DNA of 64,000 bases from Patescibacteria group bacterium (GTDB lineage Bacteria > Patescibacteriota > Minisyncoccia > Phycocordibacterales > CSBR16-119), in the NCBI GenBank assembly GCA_052033715.1, contig JBPOJJ010000001.1, forward strand, positions 1,331-65,330, read 5' to 3'. Numbering within the stretch: position 1 is the stretch's first letter; each line of letters opens with the position of its first letter. The notes below the pieces were generated by a model that saw only the letters and a list, made by a program, of their open reading frames with translations, made no database searches and was not told where the DNA came from. Made by a program: the position numbers and the translations under genes. Positions 8,463-17,897 of this stretch are shown in pieces.

Positions 8463-9605
8463 TTAGACCTGGTTTATATAAATTGTTTTAATTAAAATAT
8501 TTGAGCTTGGCTTGGCGGTCTCAGTCTTATCATAAAAATCGTGCAGGGTCTTCGTGCTTGGAATTATAACATCAAATTCGGTGTGGCCAGTTGTGAATTC
8601 CGGGAAAAATTGATTAGAGATTTTTGAAGATACCGACGAAGCCATTTCTTCCGGCGCGAGCAAAAAGACCGTTTGAGGTAAATGTCTATTCGGCAACATT
8701 TCCAATAATAACTTTTTGAGTCCTGACTGCCACATATCGATTGTAAATTTTACTGCGCGCTCAGTTAAGTCTTTACTTTGAACATCCAAAGAATTGTCGG
8801 TATGGAGACGAAAGAGCGATTCGGTTTCGGCGATAGTTTTTCCGAGCCCTAAAGACATGTTTCTGATGAAATTACTTGTTCCGTACGGAAAAAAGGCGGT
8901 ACTGGTCATGTAATCAGCTTTTGTAAAAACAACTTCGGTTATTTCAGCACCAATATTTAAAATCAGTGCATCTTTAGATGTAGACATAAAATCCCGAGCG
9001 AAGACAAAGTCAGCGAGCATTTGAGAGGTGAAAAAGATTTTCGATTTAAAAGTCTTGTGAATTTTGTCTTCAAGATTCTGAATCCAGGTCTTGTGGGCGA
9101 AACTCAAGAAGATTTCCAAAACCGCAGCAGTCGTTTTTTGGCCGTGTGGAGACTTGACGTTATAACCATTAAGAGAAACTTTGGTAATCTTTTTATCAAT
9201 TATCTGCAAATCTTTTTTTATTTCTCCTTCAAGTTTTAAAATCTCGGACGCAATCAATTTCTGGGCGTAAATTTCGGTGAACTGAAATTCTTTCCCTTTT
9301 TTGACGTTTATGGACCGAAGTTCCCCGTGAGCCCACGGAGTCGACAAAATGCAATAAATTTTTGACGGCTTAACAAGGGCACGATTTTGAAGTTCGCCAC
9401 ACACCACGTCAGTCATCTCGAGAATCTCTTTCTGCAGTCTAAGCCCATCTACAGCCGCGCGAACAGGGAGTCTCTTTGAAACTGTTACCAAGACAAACGG
9501 AAGTTTCTTCTTATCTTTTAGAAAAATGACACCGGAAACTCCGCCAGAAGAAATATCTAAAACGGCAATAATCTCCTCTTCAATTTTTGTCGAGAAAAAA
9601 CCCAT
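8463..9605 (-). CDS. Divergent actin-fold (FtsA/PilM-like) protein
   Basis: VLDISSGGV and LNIGAEITEV phosphate-loop-like segments; LNGY motif. Confidence 0.6.
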   Translation of the reverse strand: MGFFSTKIEEEIIAVLDISSGGVSGVIFLKDKKKLPFVLVTVSKRLPVRAAVDGLRLQKEILEMTDVVCGELQNRALVKPSKIYCILSTPWAHGELRSINVKKGKEFQFTEIYAQKLIASEILKLEGEIKKDLQIIDKKITKVSLNGYNVKSPHGQKTTAAVLEIFLSFAHKTWIQNLEDKIHKTFKSKIFFTSQMLADFVFARDFMSTSKDALILNIGAEITEVVFTKADYMTSTAFFPYGTSNFIRNMSLGLGKTIAETESLFRLHTDNSLDVQSKDLTERAVKFTIDMWQSGLKKLLLEMLPNRHLPQTVFLLAPEEMASSVSSKISNQFFPEFTTGHTEFDVIIPSTKTLHDFYDKTETAKPSSNILIKTIYINQV

Positions 9606-9648
9606 GGTCTTTTAATTTTAGCAAAAACGGATTCTTTAAACAAAAGAA

Positions 9649-11325
9649 TTATTGCAGAACTGCTTTGATGCGTCGCACGCCAGCAGAGGATGCTTCTTCT
9701 TTTTGAATTTTGAATGTTCCGAGAACGCCTGTGTGCTCTACGTGAGGCCCACCACAAAATTCTTTTGAGATTGCGTTACCCTCTTCGTCTTCGATAAAAT
9801 ACACAGAAACCGTATCCTCGTACTTCGCGCCAAATTCCATTTGAGCCCCAAGTTTTTCAGCTTCAAATTTTGACATTTCACGCCGAACAACTTTCAAATC
9901 ACGAGCGATAGCCTGGTTTACAATATCTTCAACTTTTTTCTTTTCTTCGTCAGTCATTTTTCGCTCAAAACTAAAATCAATCCGAAGTCGCTCTTCAGTA
10001 ATATTGCTTCCCCGCTGTTTTACGGAAGGGCCGAGAACTTCTTGGAGAGCAGCAAGCAGCAAATGGTGAGCGGTGTGAAGTTTGATGGTCGCTTCGTTGT
10101 GGTTCACAAGCCCGCCTTTGAACATACCAGCGGAAGAAGTCTGTGAGAGTTTCTGGTGTTCAGACATTTTATTATTGAAATCTTCCAGGTCGATGGTTTG
10201 GCCTTTCTCGCGAGCAAGTTCGGTGGTTAGCTCAATTGGAAATCCATACGTGGTGAACAATATAAACGGATCGGTTCCCTTTTCAAATTCTTTCAAACCT
10301 TTTTCCAAAGTCTCACGGAATTTTGTTTCTTCTTTGTTAATCTCGCCTTTGTCATCCAAATCATAAATTCCTTTATACATTCCTTTGACCTTCCCAACCA
10401 TTTCCGTAAGCGGTTCTTTGGAGAATCTCGCGGCCCGTCGAATCAATCGACGTAAAATGTAGCCCTGTCCTGTATTTGAAGGAAGAATTCCGTCAGATAT
10501 TAAAAATAGAGCCGCTTTAACGTGATCTGTGACAATTCTTTTCTCTTTCGTTTCCTCGCCGAAAAATAAATCAGTTTCATACACGTTATCAAGCCCATTC
10601 ACCACCGCTGTGATACGTTCAAGTCCCATTCCCGTATCAACATTTTTCTGTTCAAGTTTACCGACGACTTTCCCACCCTCTGATCGGTATTCCATGAAGA
10701 CGTTATTCCAAATCTCGATAACTTTTTCATCTTTTTGCACTTGTAAAAATTCATCATGTGAAAGCTCCCCGCAATTTCCAGTCACGTCGTAGAAAATTTC
10801 CGTATCCGGTCCGCACGGTCCGTTGTCGCCTGGTCCCCACCAGTTGTCTTCTTTACCAAGGAAATAAATTCGTGACTCTGGAATTCCCGCCTTCATCCAG
10901 ATTTCGGCTGACTCGGTATCACGCGGCGCATTATCGTCGCCTTCGAAACATGTTATATAAAGTCTCGCTGGATCAAGTCCGAGACCGACGTTTTTATCAG
11001 TCAGGAATTCATAACTCCAAGCAATTGATTCGTCTTTGAAATAATCTCCAAGTGACCAGTTTCCAAGCATTTCGAAAAATGTCAGGTGTCTGTTGTCGCC
11101 GATGTCTTCGATGTCGCCAGTACGTAAACATTTTTGTACACTCGCAAGGCGTGTACCAGATGGATGCTTGGCGCCCATTAGATACGGAACGAGAGGTTGC
11201 ATGCCGGCCGTTGTAAATAATACAGAGGAGTCGCCTTGAGGTATTAGCGAGGCTCCCGGCAAAATTGTATGCCCTTTTGATTCAAAGAATTTTAGGAATT
11301 TGTGTCGAATTTCGTTACTTGTCAT
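9649..11325 (-). CDS. alaS: Alanine--tRNA ligase, shortened
   Basis: LFTTAGMQP, HLTFFEMLGNWS, GPCGPDTEI, DTGMGLER, HTAHH, CGGPHV; start set at MTSNEIR (11325). Confidence 0.95.
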   Translation of the reverse strand: MTSNEIRHKFLKFFESKGHTILPGASLIPQGDSSVLFTTAGMQPLVPYLMGAKHPSGTRLASVQKCLRTGDIEDIGDNRHLTFFEMLGNWSLGDYFKDESIAWSYEFLTDKNVGLGLDPARLYITCFEGDDNAPRDTESAEIWMKAGIPESRIYFLGKEDNWWGPGDNGPCGPDTEIFYDVTGNCGELSHDEFLQVQKDEKVIEIWNNVFMEYRSEGGKVVGKLEQKNVDTGMGLERITAVVNGLDNVYETDLFFGEETKEKRIVTDHVKAALFLISDGILPSNTGQGYILRRLIRRAARFSKEPLTEMVGKVKGMYKGIYDLDDKGEINKEETKFRETLEKGLKEFEKGTDPFILFTTYGFPIELTTELAREKGQTIDLEDFNNKMSEHQKLSQTSSAGMFKGGLVNHNEATIKLHTAHHLLLAALQEVLGPSVKQRGSNITEERLRIDFSFERKMTDEEKKKVEDIVNQAIARDLKVVRREMSKFEAEKLGAQMEFGAKYEDTVSVYFIEDEEGNAISKEFCGGPHVEHTGVLGTFKIQKEEASSAGVRRIKAVLQ

Positions 11326-11395
11326 GAGTGAAAGTATATTTCCTAGCGAGGATTCTTGCAAGTAATAAACTTGTATTGAATCCGAGCGACGGAAA

Positions 11396-11432
11396 TATAC
11401 GAGCGAGCGAGAATACGCGAGGCTCGTATATA
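11396..11432. repeat. Palindromic element upstream of alaS
   Basis: ATATACGAGC-17nt-GCTCGTATAT, perfect 10-bp arms. Confidence 0.5.
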
Positions 11433-11539
11433 GAAAAGTACAGAAACGACAAAGGCCCCCGCAAACATCTTTAAAATTTCTTGTCAAATGAAAAAGCCCC
11501 CCGCCCGGGGCCTTCCACTTGGCAACTGACGTGAAGAAA

Positions 11540-11932
11540 TCACGGCAACTGCTTCAGCTCCGCCACTGCCGTGAATACACGCAGAGGAGGATTCAGTTCG
11601 CGTCCGTTCTTGAAAACGACTTTGAACATGGTATAGAGCTTCTCTCGCTTACTGCCGCCCATGAGCATGAATTCGACTTTCGCCGAAGCATTGCTCACAG
11701 AAAGCGGATGGTCTTTGAGCTTGAGATAGTACCCAATCGTGCCCGTTCCATCAGGCAGGTAGTGGAACTTGTCCTTCGCAGATACCATCTTGCCGTGGAG
11801 TTCATAGAACATGCCTGGCTCTTCGTAGACCTCGGCGATCTCTTCAAGCGCGATATGGCGATCTTCTAGAGAGGCCTTTACAAGTTCTATGGGTAAATGA
11901 ACACCCACGAACTTCGGTTGGTAAGCATCCAT
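11540..11932 (-). CDS. Hypothetical protein (orphan cassette B)
   Basis: 130-aa ORF; TTGACC-17-TATAGC at 11959-11987, leader AAACCCCTAACCCC, terminator 11491-11514. Confidence 0.7.
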   Translation of the reverse strand: MDAYQPKFVGVHLPIELVKASLEDRHIALEEIAEVYEEPGMFYELHGKMVSAKDKFHYLPDGTGTIGYYLKLKDHPLSVSNASAKVEFMLMGGSKREKLYTMFKVVFKNGRELNPPLRVFTAVAELKQLP

Positions 11933-11987
11933 GATACATGGGGTTAGGGGTTTATTAAGCTATAACACAGCCAATTTGTTAGGTCAA

Positions 11988-13037
11988 CTAGGCGATTATC
12001 CCTCCCCCCAAGACCACTTCTCCATCATAAATCACAACCGATTGACCGGAACTGGCAGCGATTTGTGCTTCCTCAAAAATTACCATATCGTTTTCAATTC
12101 GACACGACTGCAACGGCTGTTGATAGCGAATTCTGGCCTGTAATTTCTTGGTCACGTTCGGCGCCACCCCGAAAATCCAGTTAATGCTTTCGAGTTTTAT
12201 TTTTTTTGTATCTTTGTATTTTTCTTCATCAGATTTGTTCCCTGAAACTGTAATAGTATTTTGTTCGAGGTTTCGAGTAATAACGTACATCGGTTTATCG
12301 TCAATTCCTTTTTGGGTAATAGTGAATCCGTGGCGTTCTCCAAGAGTAAAAAATAACGCACCGTCGTGAGTTCCAATAACATCACCAGAGAAATTTAAAA
12401 CATGCCCCTCCTTTTTCGGGATGTAGTGAGCCAAAAATTCCTTCATATCAATTGGACCCAAGAAACATACGCCCTGGGAATCTTTTTTCGTTTCTGTCGG
12501 CAAATTATATTTGCCCGCAAGTTTTCGAACTTCGGATTTTTGTAAATTACCAACTGGGAAAATTATTTTTTCTATTTGATCTTTTGTTAAAGTCCATAAA
12601 AAGTAGCTCTGGTCTTTACTTTTATCGAGCCCCGCCAAGAGTTTGCCTTCTCTGGAAATGGCATAATGTCCCGTTGCCACAAAATCGGCTCCGTGCGCTA
12701 GAGCGTATTTCAAAAAGACTCCAAATTTGATTTCTTTATTACACATCACGTCCGGATTCGGTGTGCGTCCGGCGCGATATTCATTGATAAAATATTCTCC
12801 AACGAGTTCTTTGTACTCGCGTTCGGCATCAATGGTAAGAAACGGAACATCAAGCGCGGCACAAACGCGCATGGCATCACGACGCTCTTCTCTCCAAGTA
12901 CAAGTTATGAAATCTGGTTGCCAGGTTTTAATAAAACATCCGACGACGTTATACTCCCCGTCTTTTAACAACGCCAAAGAAACAGAGCTATCAACTCCGC
13001 CGGAGACGCCGACGTAAACTGTCTTTCGTGAATCCAT
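11988..13037 (-). CDS. mnmA: tRNA 2-thiouridylase MnmA
   Basis: SGGVDSS, GRTPNPDVMCNKEIKF, ATGHY, KDQSYFL, DSQGVCF; start set at MDSRKTV. Confidence 0.97.
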   Translation of the reverse strand: MDSRKTVYVGVSGGVDSSVSLALLKDGEYNVVGCFIKTWQPDFITCTWREERRDAMRVCAALDVPFLTIDAEREYKELVGEYFINEYRAGRTPNPDVMCNKEIKFGVFLKYALAHGADFVATGHYAISREGKLLAGLDKSKDQSYFLWTLTKDQIEKIIFPVGNLQKSEVRKLAGKYNLPTETKKDSQGVCFLGPIDMKEFLAHYIPKKEGHVLNFSGDVIGTHDGALFFTLGERHGFTITQKGIDDKPMYVITRNLEQNTITVSGNKSDEEKYKDTKKIKLESINWIFGVAPNVTKKLQARIRYQQPLQSCRIENDMVIFEEAQIAASSGQSVVIYDGEVVLGGGIIA

Positions 13038-13110
13038 GTAAAAGTAATTTAAAACAAAAAAGAGAAAAAGCAAAGCCCACCAAGGTCGTTGGTGGGGCGT
13101 TGCTGCTTGG

Positions 13111-13782
13111 TCAAATGTGCATTACCTGCCCCTTGCAAACAAAAGCTCGCAGAATTCCTTTCATGCCAGGAGAGAGTCGATCAAATGCGACCTTCTTCGG
13201 CATGAGAATGGAAGGAACTTCCGTTTTCTCTTTGTCGGCGCGATGGTATCTCTGTTCCCGTTCTCTTGATTTGATCTGTATTGGCACATCGGTCTCTGGA
13301 AATCCCGGGAATCGCGCACGTACGATTACGTCCATACGCTTGGCGTCTTCTTCTAGTGTAGCCAATCGCGCAGACATGATGTGCGGATAAGTCTTGGCGA
13401 GCTTCTCGAAGTATCGGACGGCCAGACGTTCGGCACGATATCCTAAGTGGGAATAGGCCACATCACGACGGATGGCAAGCAAGAGATCCTTCGGTTCACA
13501 GTCAGCGCCTATCACGAAGTGGGGCGATCCAACTTTCGTACGAACGACCGCCTTACTTTTCATGGCGGGAGAAGGCGCGAACACAAAAGAGAGCTTACTG
13601 GAACCCCTACTCACGATACTGGCCGTGAAAGAGATTCTTATCCAGTTCCAACTAACGAACGTGATCTCCAGTTCGTCCGTAATGAGGCCGAAACCTCTCA
13701 TCAATCGGACCAAAGATTCTTCGAAGGCGCGTCTCTCTTTCAGTAAAAGCACGCAAAGTTTCTCGTAGCTTTCGCTGGTCAT
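13111..13782 (-). CDS. Hypothetical protein, possible PD-(D/E)XK nuclease fold (orphan cassette C)
   Basis: GYRAE...EEDAKRMD...PIQIKS; promoter 13805-13832, terminator 13065-13104. Confidence 0.65.
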   Translation of the reverse strand: MTSESYEKLCVLLLKERRAFEESLVRLMRGFGLITDELEITFVSWNWIRISFTASIVSRGSSKLSFVFAPSPAMKSKAVVRTKVGSPHFVIGADCEPKDLLLAIRRDVAYSHLGYRAERLAVRYFEKLAKTYPHIMSARLATLEEDAKRMDVIVRARFPGFPETDVPIQIKSREREQRYHRADKEKTEVPSILMPKKVAFDRLSPGMKGILRAFVCKGQVMHI

Positions 13783-13826
13783 GGCTATGGTGGTTTTGCC
13801 GCCAATACTAACAGATTCTCCGCGAA

Positions 13827-14372
13827 TTACAATTGCATCAACTTTTTATAGATTTCAAACAAAGCGCGAGTGTCAGCCAAAGCGGAGTGTTCCCGTGCGT
13901 TTTCGATTCCGAAAAATTGACAAAGTTTGCTCAAGGCAAAACGTTCGATATGTTTACTTGTGTGGAGTTTGGCGTAAGCGATTGAGATGGTATCGAGTTT
14001 GGCATAAAACATTTCGTTTTTGATACCAGTTTTTGTAAAAGCGCGTTCGATGAAGGAATAATCAAAGGTTACGTTGTGAGACATAAACACCGCGCCTTTA
14101 GATTTCTCGGCGAAGACTTTCATGACTTCAGTCAGGCTATTGGCAAAAAGCCACTGACCTTCGTCATAGCCGTTTACTTTCAAGGCCTGGGGTTCGGCTG
14201 TTTCAATATGTTCCGGCTTTATGCGAAATTCTTTTTCCTCGATTATTTCAAACTCCTTCCCCTCGCCACCCTTCTGGCGAACAAGGATATACGCGAGCTC
14301 GATAATCTCGTGTTTCTCGGGATCAAAGCCAGTTGTCTCAATATCTACAAAAATCAAATCTTCGTTTTTCAT
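13827..14372 (-). CDS. DEDDh 3'-5' exonuclease (DnaQ-like)
   Basis: VDIETTG, HNVTFD, HSALAD. Confidence 0.9.
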   Translation of the reverse strand: MKNEDLIFVDIETTGFDPEKHEIIELAYILVRQKGGEGKEFEIIEEKEFRIKPEHIETAEPQALKVNGYDEGQWLFANSLTEVMKVFAEKSKGAVFMSHNVTFDYSFIERAFTKTGIKNEMFYAKLDTISIAYAKLHTSKHIERFALSKLCQFFGIENAREHSALADTRALFEIYKKLMQL

Positions 14373-14373
14373 T

Positions 14374-15375
14374 TTATTTTAAATAGTTAGCAATGTTTCT
14401 CTTGTGTTCGTCGTAAGTTTTGGCGTAGTGGATTTTAGCATCTTTGTCATGAAGATAAAATAAATATGGCGAATCTTTCGGATTCATCGCTGCACGAATA
14501 GCATCAACTCCAGGATTACCTATCGGCGTCGGTGGGAGACCTTTGTAGACATAGGTATTATATGGATTATCGGTAGCAAGATCGTCTAGAGTGAGCTTAG
14601 AAGAGGGTTTTCCTGTAAAATACCGCAGACTCGCATCTACCTGAAGCAACATGTTTTTTTCAATTCTTTTCCAGAGAATTCCTGAAATCATTTGTTTCTC
14701 TTCGTAGCCGTCGTAGGCTTCGTCTTGGATGATTGACGCCATTATAAGAATTTCATCAATTGTTTTTCCCGAGCCTTCGATTTCCTCTGCGAGATTAAGG
14801 CTTACTTTCTTTTTGAAATTGTCTCGCATAGCCCTAATAACATCCGCCGACGTAGAGGATCCAAAGAAATAATAAGTGTCAGGAAAAAGATATCCTTCCA
14901 AATTTTTTGTCAAATATAAAAATTCTTCCTGATTAAAATTTGGAAACTTTTTCACAAGAATTTCTGACATCTCTCTGTTCGACAACCCTTCGAACAATGT
15001 CACTGAGATTTTCTCAACACCAAAATGACCGAATGCAATCCTTTCAGCAATTTGCCAGGCGTTGAGTCGTCTGTTGAAAAGATAATCTCCCTCCAAAATA
15101 CTTTTGTCGTTCGCAAGAGCGAGAACGAACGTCTTGAAAAGACCGACTGATTTTATAATTTCTGCCTCTTCTAGTTGTTTGGCTATCTCATCTAAATTTG
15201 AGCCTTTTTGAATAGTTATGACTTGATCGGTTGGAAAACTCTTCGGAGCCGAAATTACCGACATGAAAAATACAAAAGCCACAAAAGCACCGCCTAGAAC
15301 GATAATCGTTTTCCAATTTATCTTGCGCGGCGATAAGGGTTGGTGGGTTTCTTTCTCGTTATAAAATTCGTACAT
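14374..15375 (-). CDS. mltG: Endolytic transglycosylase MltG
   Basis: EGYLFPDTY, MASIIQDE, LQVDAS, NPYNTY..GLPPTPIGNPG. Confidence 0.93.
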   Translation of the reverse strand: MYEFYNEKETHQPLSPRKINWKTIIVLGGAFVAFVFFMSVISAPKSFPTDQVITIQKGSNLDEIAKQLEEAEIIKSVGLFKTFVLALANDKSILEGDYLFNRRLNAWQIAERIAFGHFGVEKISVTLFEGLSNREMSEILVKKFPNFNQEEFLYLTKNLEGYLFPDTYYFFGSSTSADVIRAMRDNFKKKVSLNLAEEIEGSGKTIDEILIMASIIQDEAYDGYEEKQMISGILWKRIEKNMLLQVDASLRYFTGKPSSKLTLDDLATDNPYNTYVYKGLPPTPIGNPGVDAIRAAMNPKDSPYLFYLHDKDAKIHYAKTYDEHKRNIANYLK

Positions 15376-15378
15376 AAA

Positions 15379-16626
15379 TTAAAGTGGTAAATTGACTGGC
15401 GGTTCGGACTTTTTAGACTCGATGCGTTTAAATGTCGGAGTCGTAGATACTCGTCCTGGAAAGTGATAAATCGTGGCCAATTCTTCGGCGGTCAAAACGT
15501 AGTATTGTCCTTTGAATGGTGGATAAAAATAACCTCGTTCAACATAGGCTCTCAACATGTCTAGTTTTTTGCCAATCTTACCATCTCCAGATATATCTTC
15601 CCATGGATTATCAAAATCAGTTTCATTTGCAATTTTAAAACCATTTAAATTGTTTGAACCATATGGTCTCATAAACCCAACGAGACCAGCAATATGTTCT
15701 GGGCGGAAATTGTCTTTTTTGGCCACATACAAAGTCCTAATTCCAACGTCAAAGGCCGGCTTGTCTAGACTTCGTTCAATAGCATTTATTATTTCTTGTT
15801 CTGATTTGGACATTTTCAAAGCCTTGCCGAGTTTGTCTATGGCGTCAGTGCCATCATATTTTGCTTTAATTTTTTCCATTTCTCTTTTGGCTTTGTCTTT
15901 CCAGTCTTCTGTTTTGGGGATAAGAGAATAAGGATTTGTGTAGCTGTCTTTTGTAGACCGAACAAGTATTTGCATCCAAAAATGCTCGCCCTTTCCCATT
16001 GTTCCCATCCATTCAATTTGTGAGACAATTGGATCGATAAGTCCGGCCTCTTCTTCGATTTTGGTGGTTGCTTTATCCAAACCAAAATCCGTATATGTTT
16101 TTATTGGATAAGCGTCGGGTTTTTTAAGGTGTTGTTCACAGCCCCACATACCCCATTCTTCCTCCTGCATAGAGCGCAAAACATCCAAAGTATAGTCTGG
16201 CACCTCAAAAATTTCTGCTTGCGGATACTGGGCATAAATTTGTGATTGAATTATGTTTTGAAAATTTTTAGGAGTTCGAATCAAAAAACGAATTTCTCCT
16301 TCAATAGAAATTATTTCCAAAGAAAACCAAAAAAGCACTCTGCCTTCCCAATATTTCTTGTATCGTGTACCTATTCCCCCAGTCTGAGACAATGCATTAC
16401 CGAGGGCTATCTCCATCGCACGTGGGGTCTTATAAATATCTTTAGGGACCTTTATCTCAAGTAACACCCATTTAAGCCCGGAGATCCATTCCGCGTTTCG
16501 ATGTCTGACCCAAAGATGCCATCCCAAAAACGTAAGCCATACGGGGGCTGTATAAATAATCACTTTTACAATCACAGAAAAAACTTTCAGAAAAAAAGGA
16601 TTCGAAAACATCGAAAAAAAGTCCAT
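15379..16626 (-). CDS. Conserved CPR-type membrane-anchored hypothetical protein
   Basis: N-terminal TM; LLEIKVP, FSLEI, YAQYP, YPIKTY, EELATIYHFP blocks. Confidence 0.75.
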   Translation of the reverse strand: MDFFSMFSNPFFLKVFSVIVKVIIYTAPVWLTFLGWHLWVRHRNAEWISGLKWVLLEIKVPKDIYKTPRAMEIALGNALSQTGGIGTRYKKYWEGRVLFWFSLEIISIEGEIRFLIRTPKNFQNIIQSQIYAQYPQAEIFEVPDYTLDVLRSMQEEEWGMWGCEQHLKKPDAYPIKTYTDFGLDKATTKIEEEAGLIDPIVSQIEWMGTMGKGEHFWMQILVRSTKDSYTNPYSLIPKTEDWKDKAKREMEKIKAKYDGTDAIDKLGKALKMSKSEQEIINAIERSLDKPAFDVGIRTLYVAKKDNFRPEHIAGLVGFMRPYGSNNLNGFKIANETDFDNPWEDISGDGKIGKKLDMLRAYVERGYFYPPFKGQYYVLTAEELATIYHFPGRVSTTPTFKRIESKKSEPPVNLPL

Positions 16627-16666
16627 GAAATAATTGTAGCACATCAAAAAAACCTTCTCTCCACAA

Positions 16667-16760
16667 GCAAAAAGCCAAATTGTAAATTTTTGAAATCCGA
16701 GGACCTAAGTGCGTAGACACGCTTCCGCGGGATGAAAAAACTTACAATTTGGCTTTTTGC
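16667..16760. repeat. 94-bp palindromic MITE/REP-like element
   Basis: Perfect 19-bp arms GCAAAAAGCCAAATTGTAA / TTACAATTTGGCTTTTTGC with further imperfect inner pairing. Confidence 0.7.
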
Positions 16761-16767
16761 GATATTT

Positions 16768-17802
16768 TTATTTTGAGGCTATATCGTACTTTCCGTCTTT
16801 GGTTTTTTTGAAATATTTTGGATTATGGAGATTTACGAGGATGGTGTTTCTTTTCAAAAATCGTTCTTTAAGGACAGCATCAACGATTTCATCTTTGGTC
16901 ATTGGGCCATGTTCTTTCAAAATTCCTTCGATGACCTCACGCACGATTCCCGGTTTGTAACCCCAGTCACGCAAGGCGTATCGACCGCGACCAACCAAAA
17001 CGAAACGCGGATCTTTGATAAGTTCGTTGTGAGTTGTGGCGGCAAGAGTTTTGCGATTAAAGGTTTTTGTGATGGCTTCGGCAACTTCGCGGAAGTGCAT
17101 AGGTTCACCGTGACGTCGCATAACGAGGAAGGTATAGTCTTTAACTCCTCGAGTTTTAACATTTTTTGAATCAGCCTTACCCCATTCGTTTAGAGGATTC
17201 TTACCAACTTTCTTTGACAACCTGAGCCATCTCTTGGCAATTTCAGCATCACGATGCTCTTCAGAAACAGACTTAACAAAGCTTAGGAATTTTTCAACGA
17301 TTTTTGATTCCGGAAGAAGCTCATCGTCACCGAGAGACGCATAAAGCTTTCGCAAGGCCTCGTGAACATTTTCCACAACTTCGTGATCAAGCGACCAACG
17401 AGCATTGAAGTCCTCATCTTCTTTTGATTTCTGAAATTCATCACCCAAAACCAGATAGAGATGAACGTGGTTTTGTGTCGATTTATCTTTCGAAACATGT
17501 TCCAAAAACTCATCTTCGGAAACAACAGCGCCAAGAGAATGTAGGAGATTTTTGAGTTCTCCGAAGACCTCTTTCATCTCGTCCATTTCTTTAGACTTAC
17601 GGATAGTATTGAGAGCAGTATTTTCAATTTGACGAACTCGTTCGCGAGTAATGGCATATTTCTGACCAATCGCTTCGAGGGTCTTTCTTTCGGTATCATC
17701 AGTCAAACCATAGCGATTTGCGATGACGTCAAAAGAGCGGTCCTTGAGCGAGGACAAAAGCTTCTTCGTAATCTGTTTTGGTCGGAAGGAAATAATTGCC
17801 AT
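16768..17802 (-). CDS. Sigma70 region-4-like HTH protein with C-terminal HARE-HTH/RNAP-delta-like domains
   Basis: RYGL...TLEAIGQKYAITRERVRQIE; PMHFREV, HNELIKDPRFVLVGRGRYAL. Confidence 0.8.
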   Translation of the reverse strand: MAIISFRPKQITKKLLSSLKDRSFDVIANRYGLTDDTERKTLEAIGQKYAITRERVRQIENTALNTIRKSKEMDEMKEVFGELKNLLHSLGAVVSEDEFLEHVSKDKSTQNHVHLYLVLGDEFQKSKEDEDFNARWSLDHEVVENVHEALRKLYASLGDDELLPESKIVEKFLSFVKSVSEEHRDAEIAKRWLRLSKKVGKNPLNEWGKADSKNVKTRGVKDYTFLVMRRHGEPMHFREVAEAITKTFNRKTLAATTHNELIKDPRFVLVGRGRYALRDWGYKPGIVREVIEGILKEHGPMTKDEIVDAVLKERFLKRNTILVNLHNPKYFKKTKDGKYDIASK

Positions 17803-17897
17803 AAATTGCCTTTAATTTCTAATAATTTGCCTTTGTTTTCTTAATGAATTTTGTGTCCCCTATACTATCATCAAAGCAAATTAATGTCAAATCCATG

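Noticed and set aside
11326-11487. 54-aa N-terminal extension of AlaRS
   Set aside because: TTG start running through the promoter and a palindrome; homology begins at MTSNEIR.
11359-11490. T-box riboswitch upstream of alaS
   Set aside because: No T-box consensus or terminator/antiterminator seen; a -10 box lies 7 nt from the ATG.
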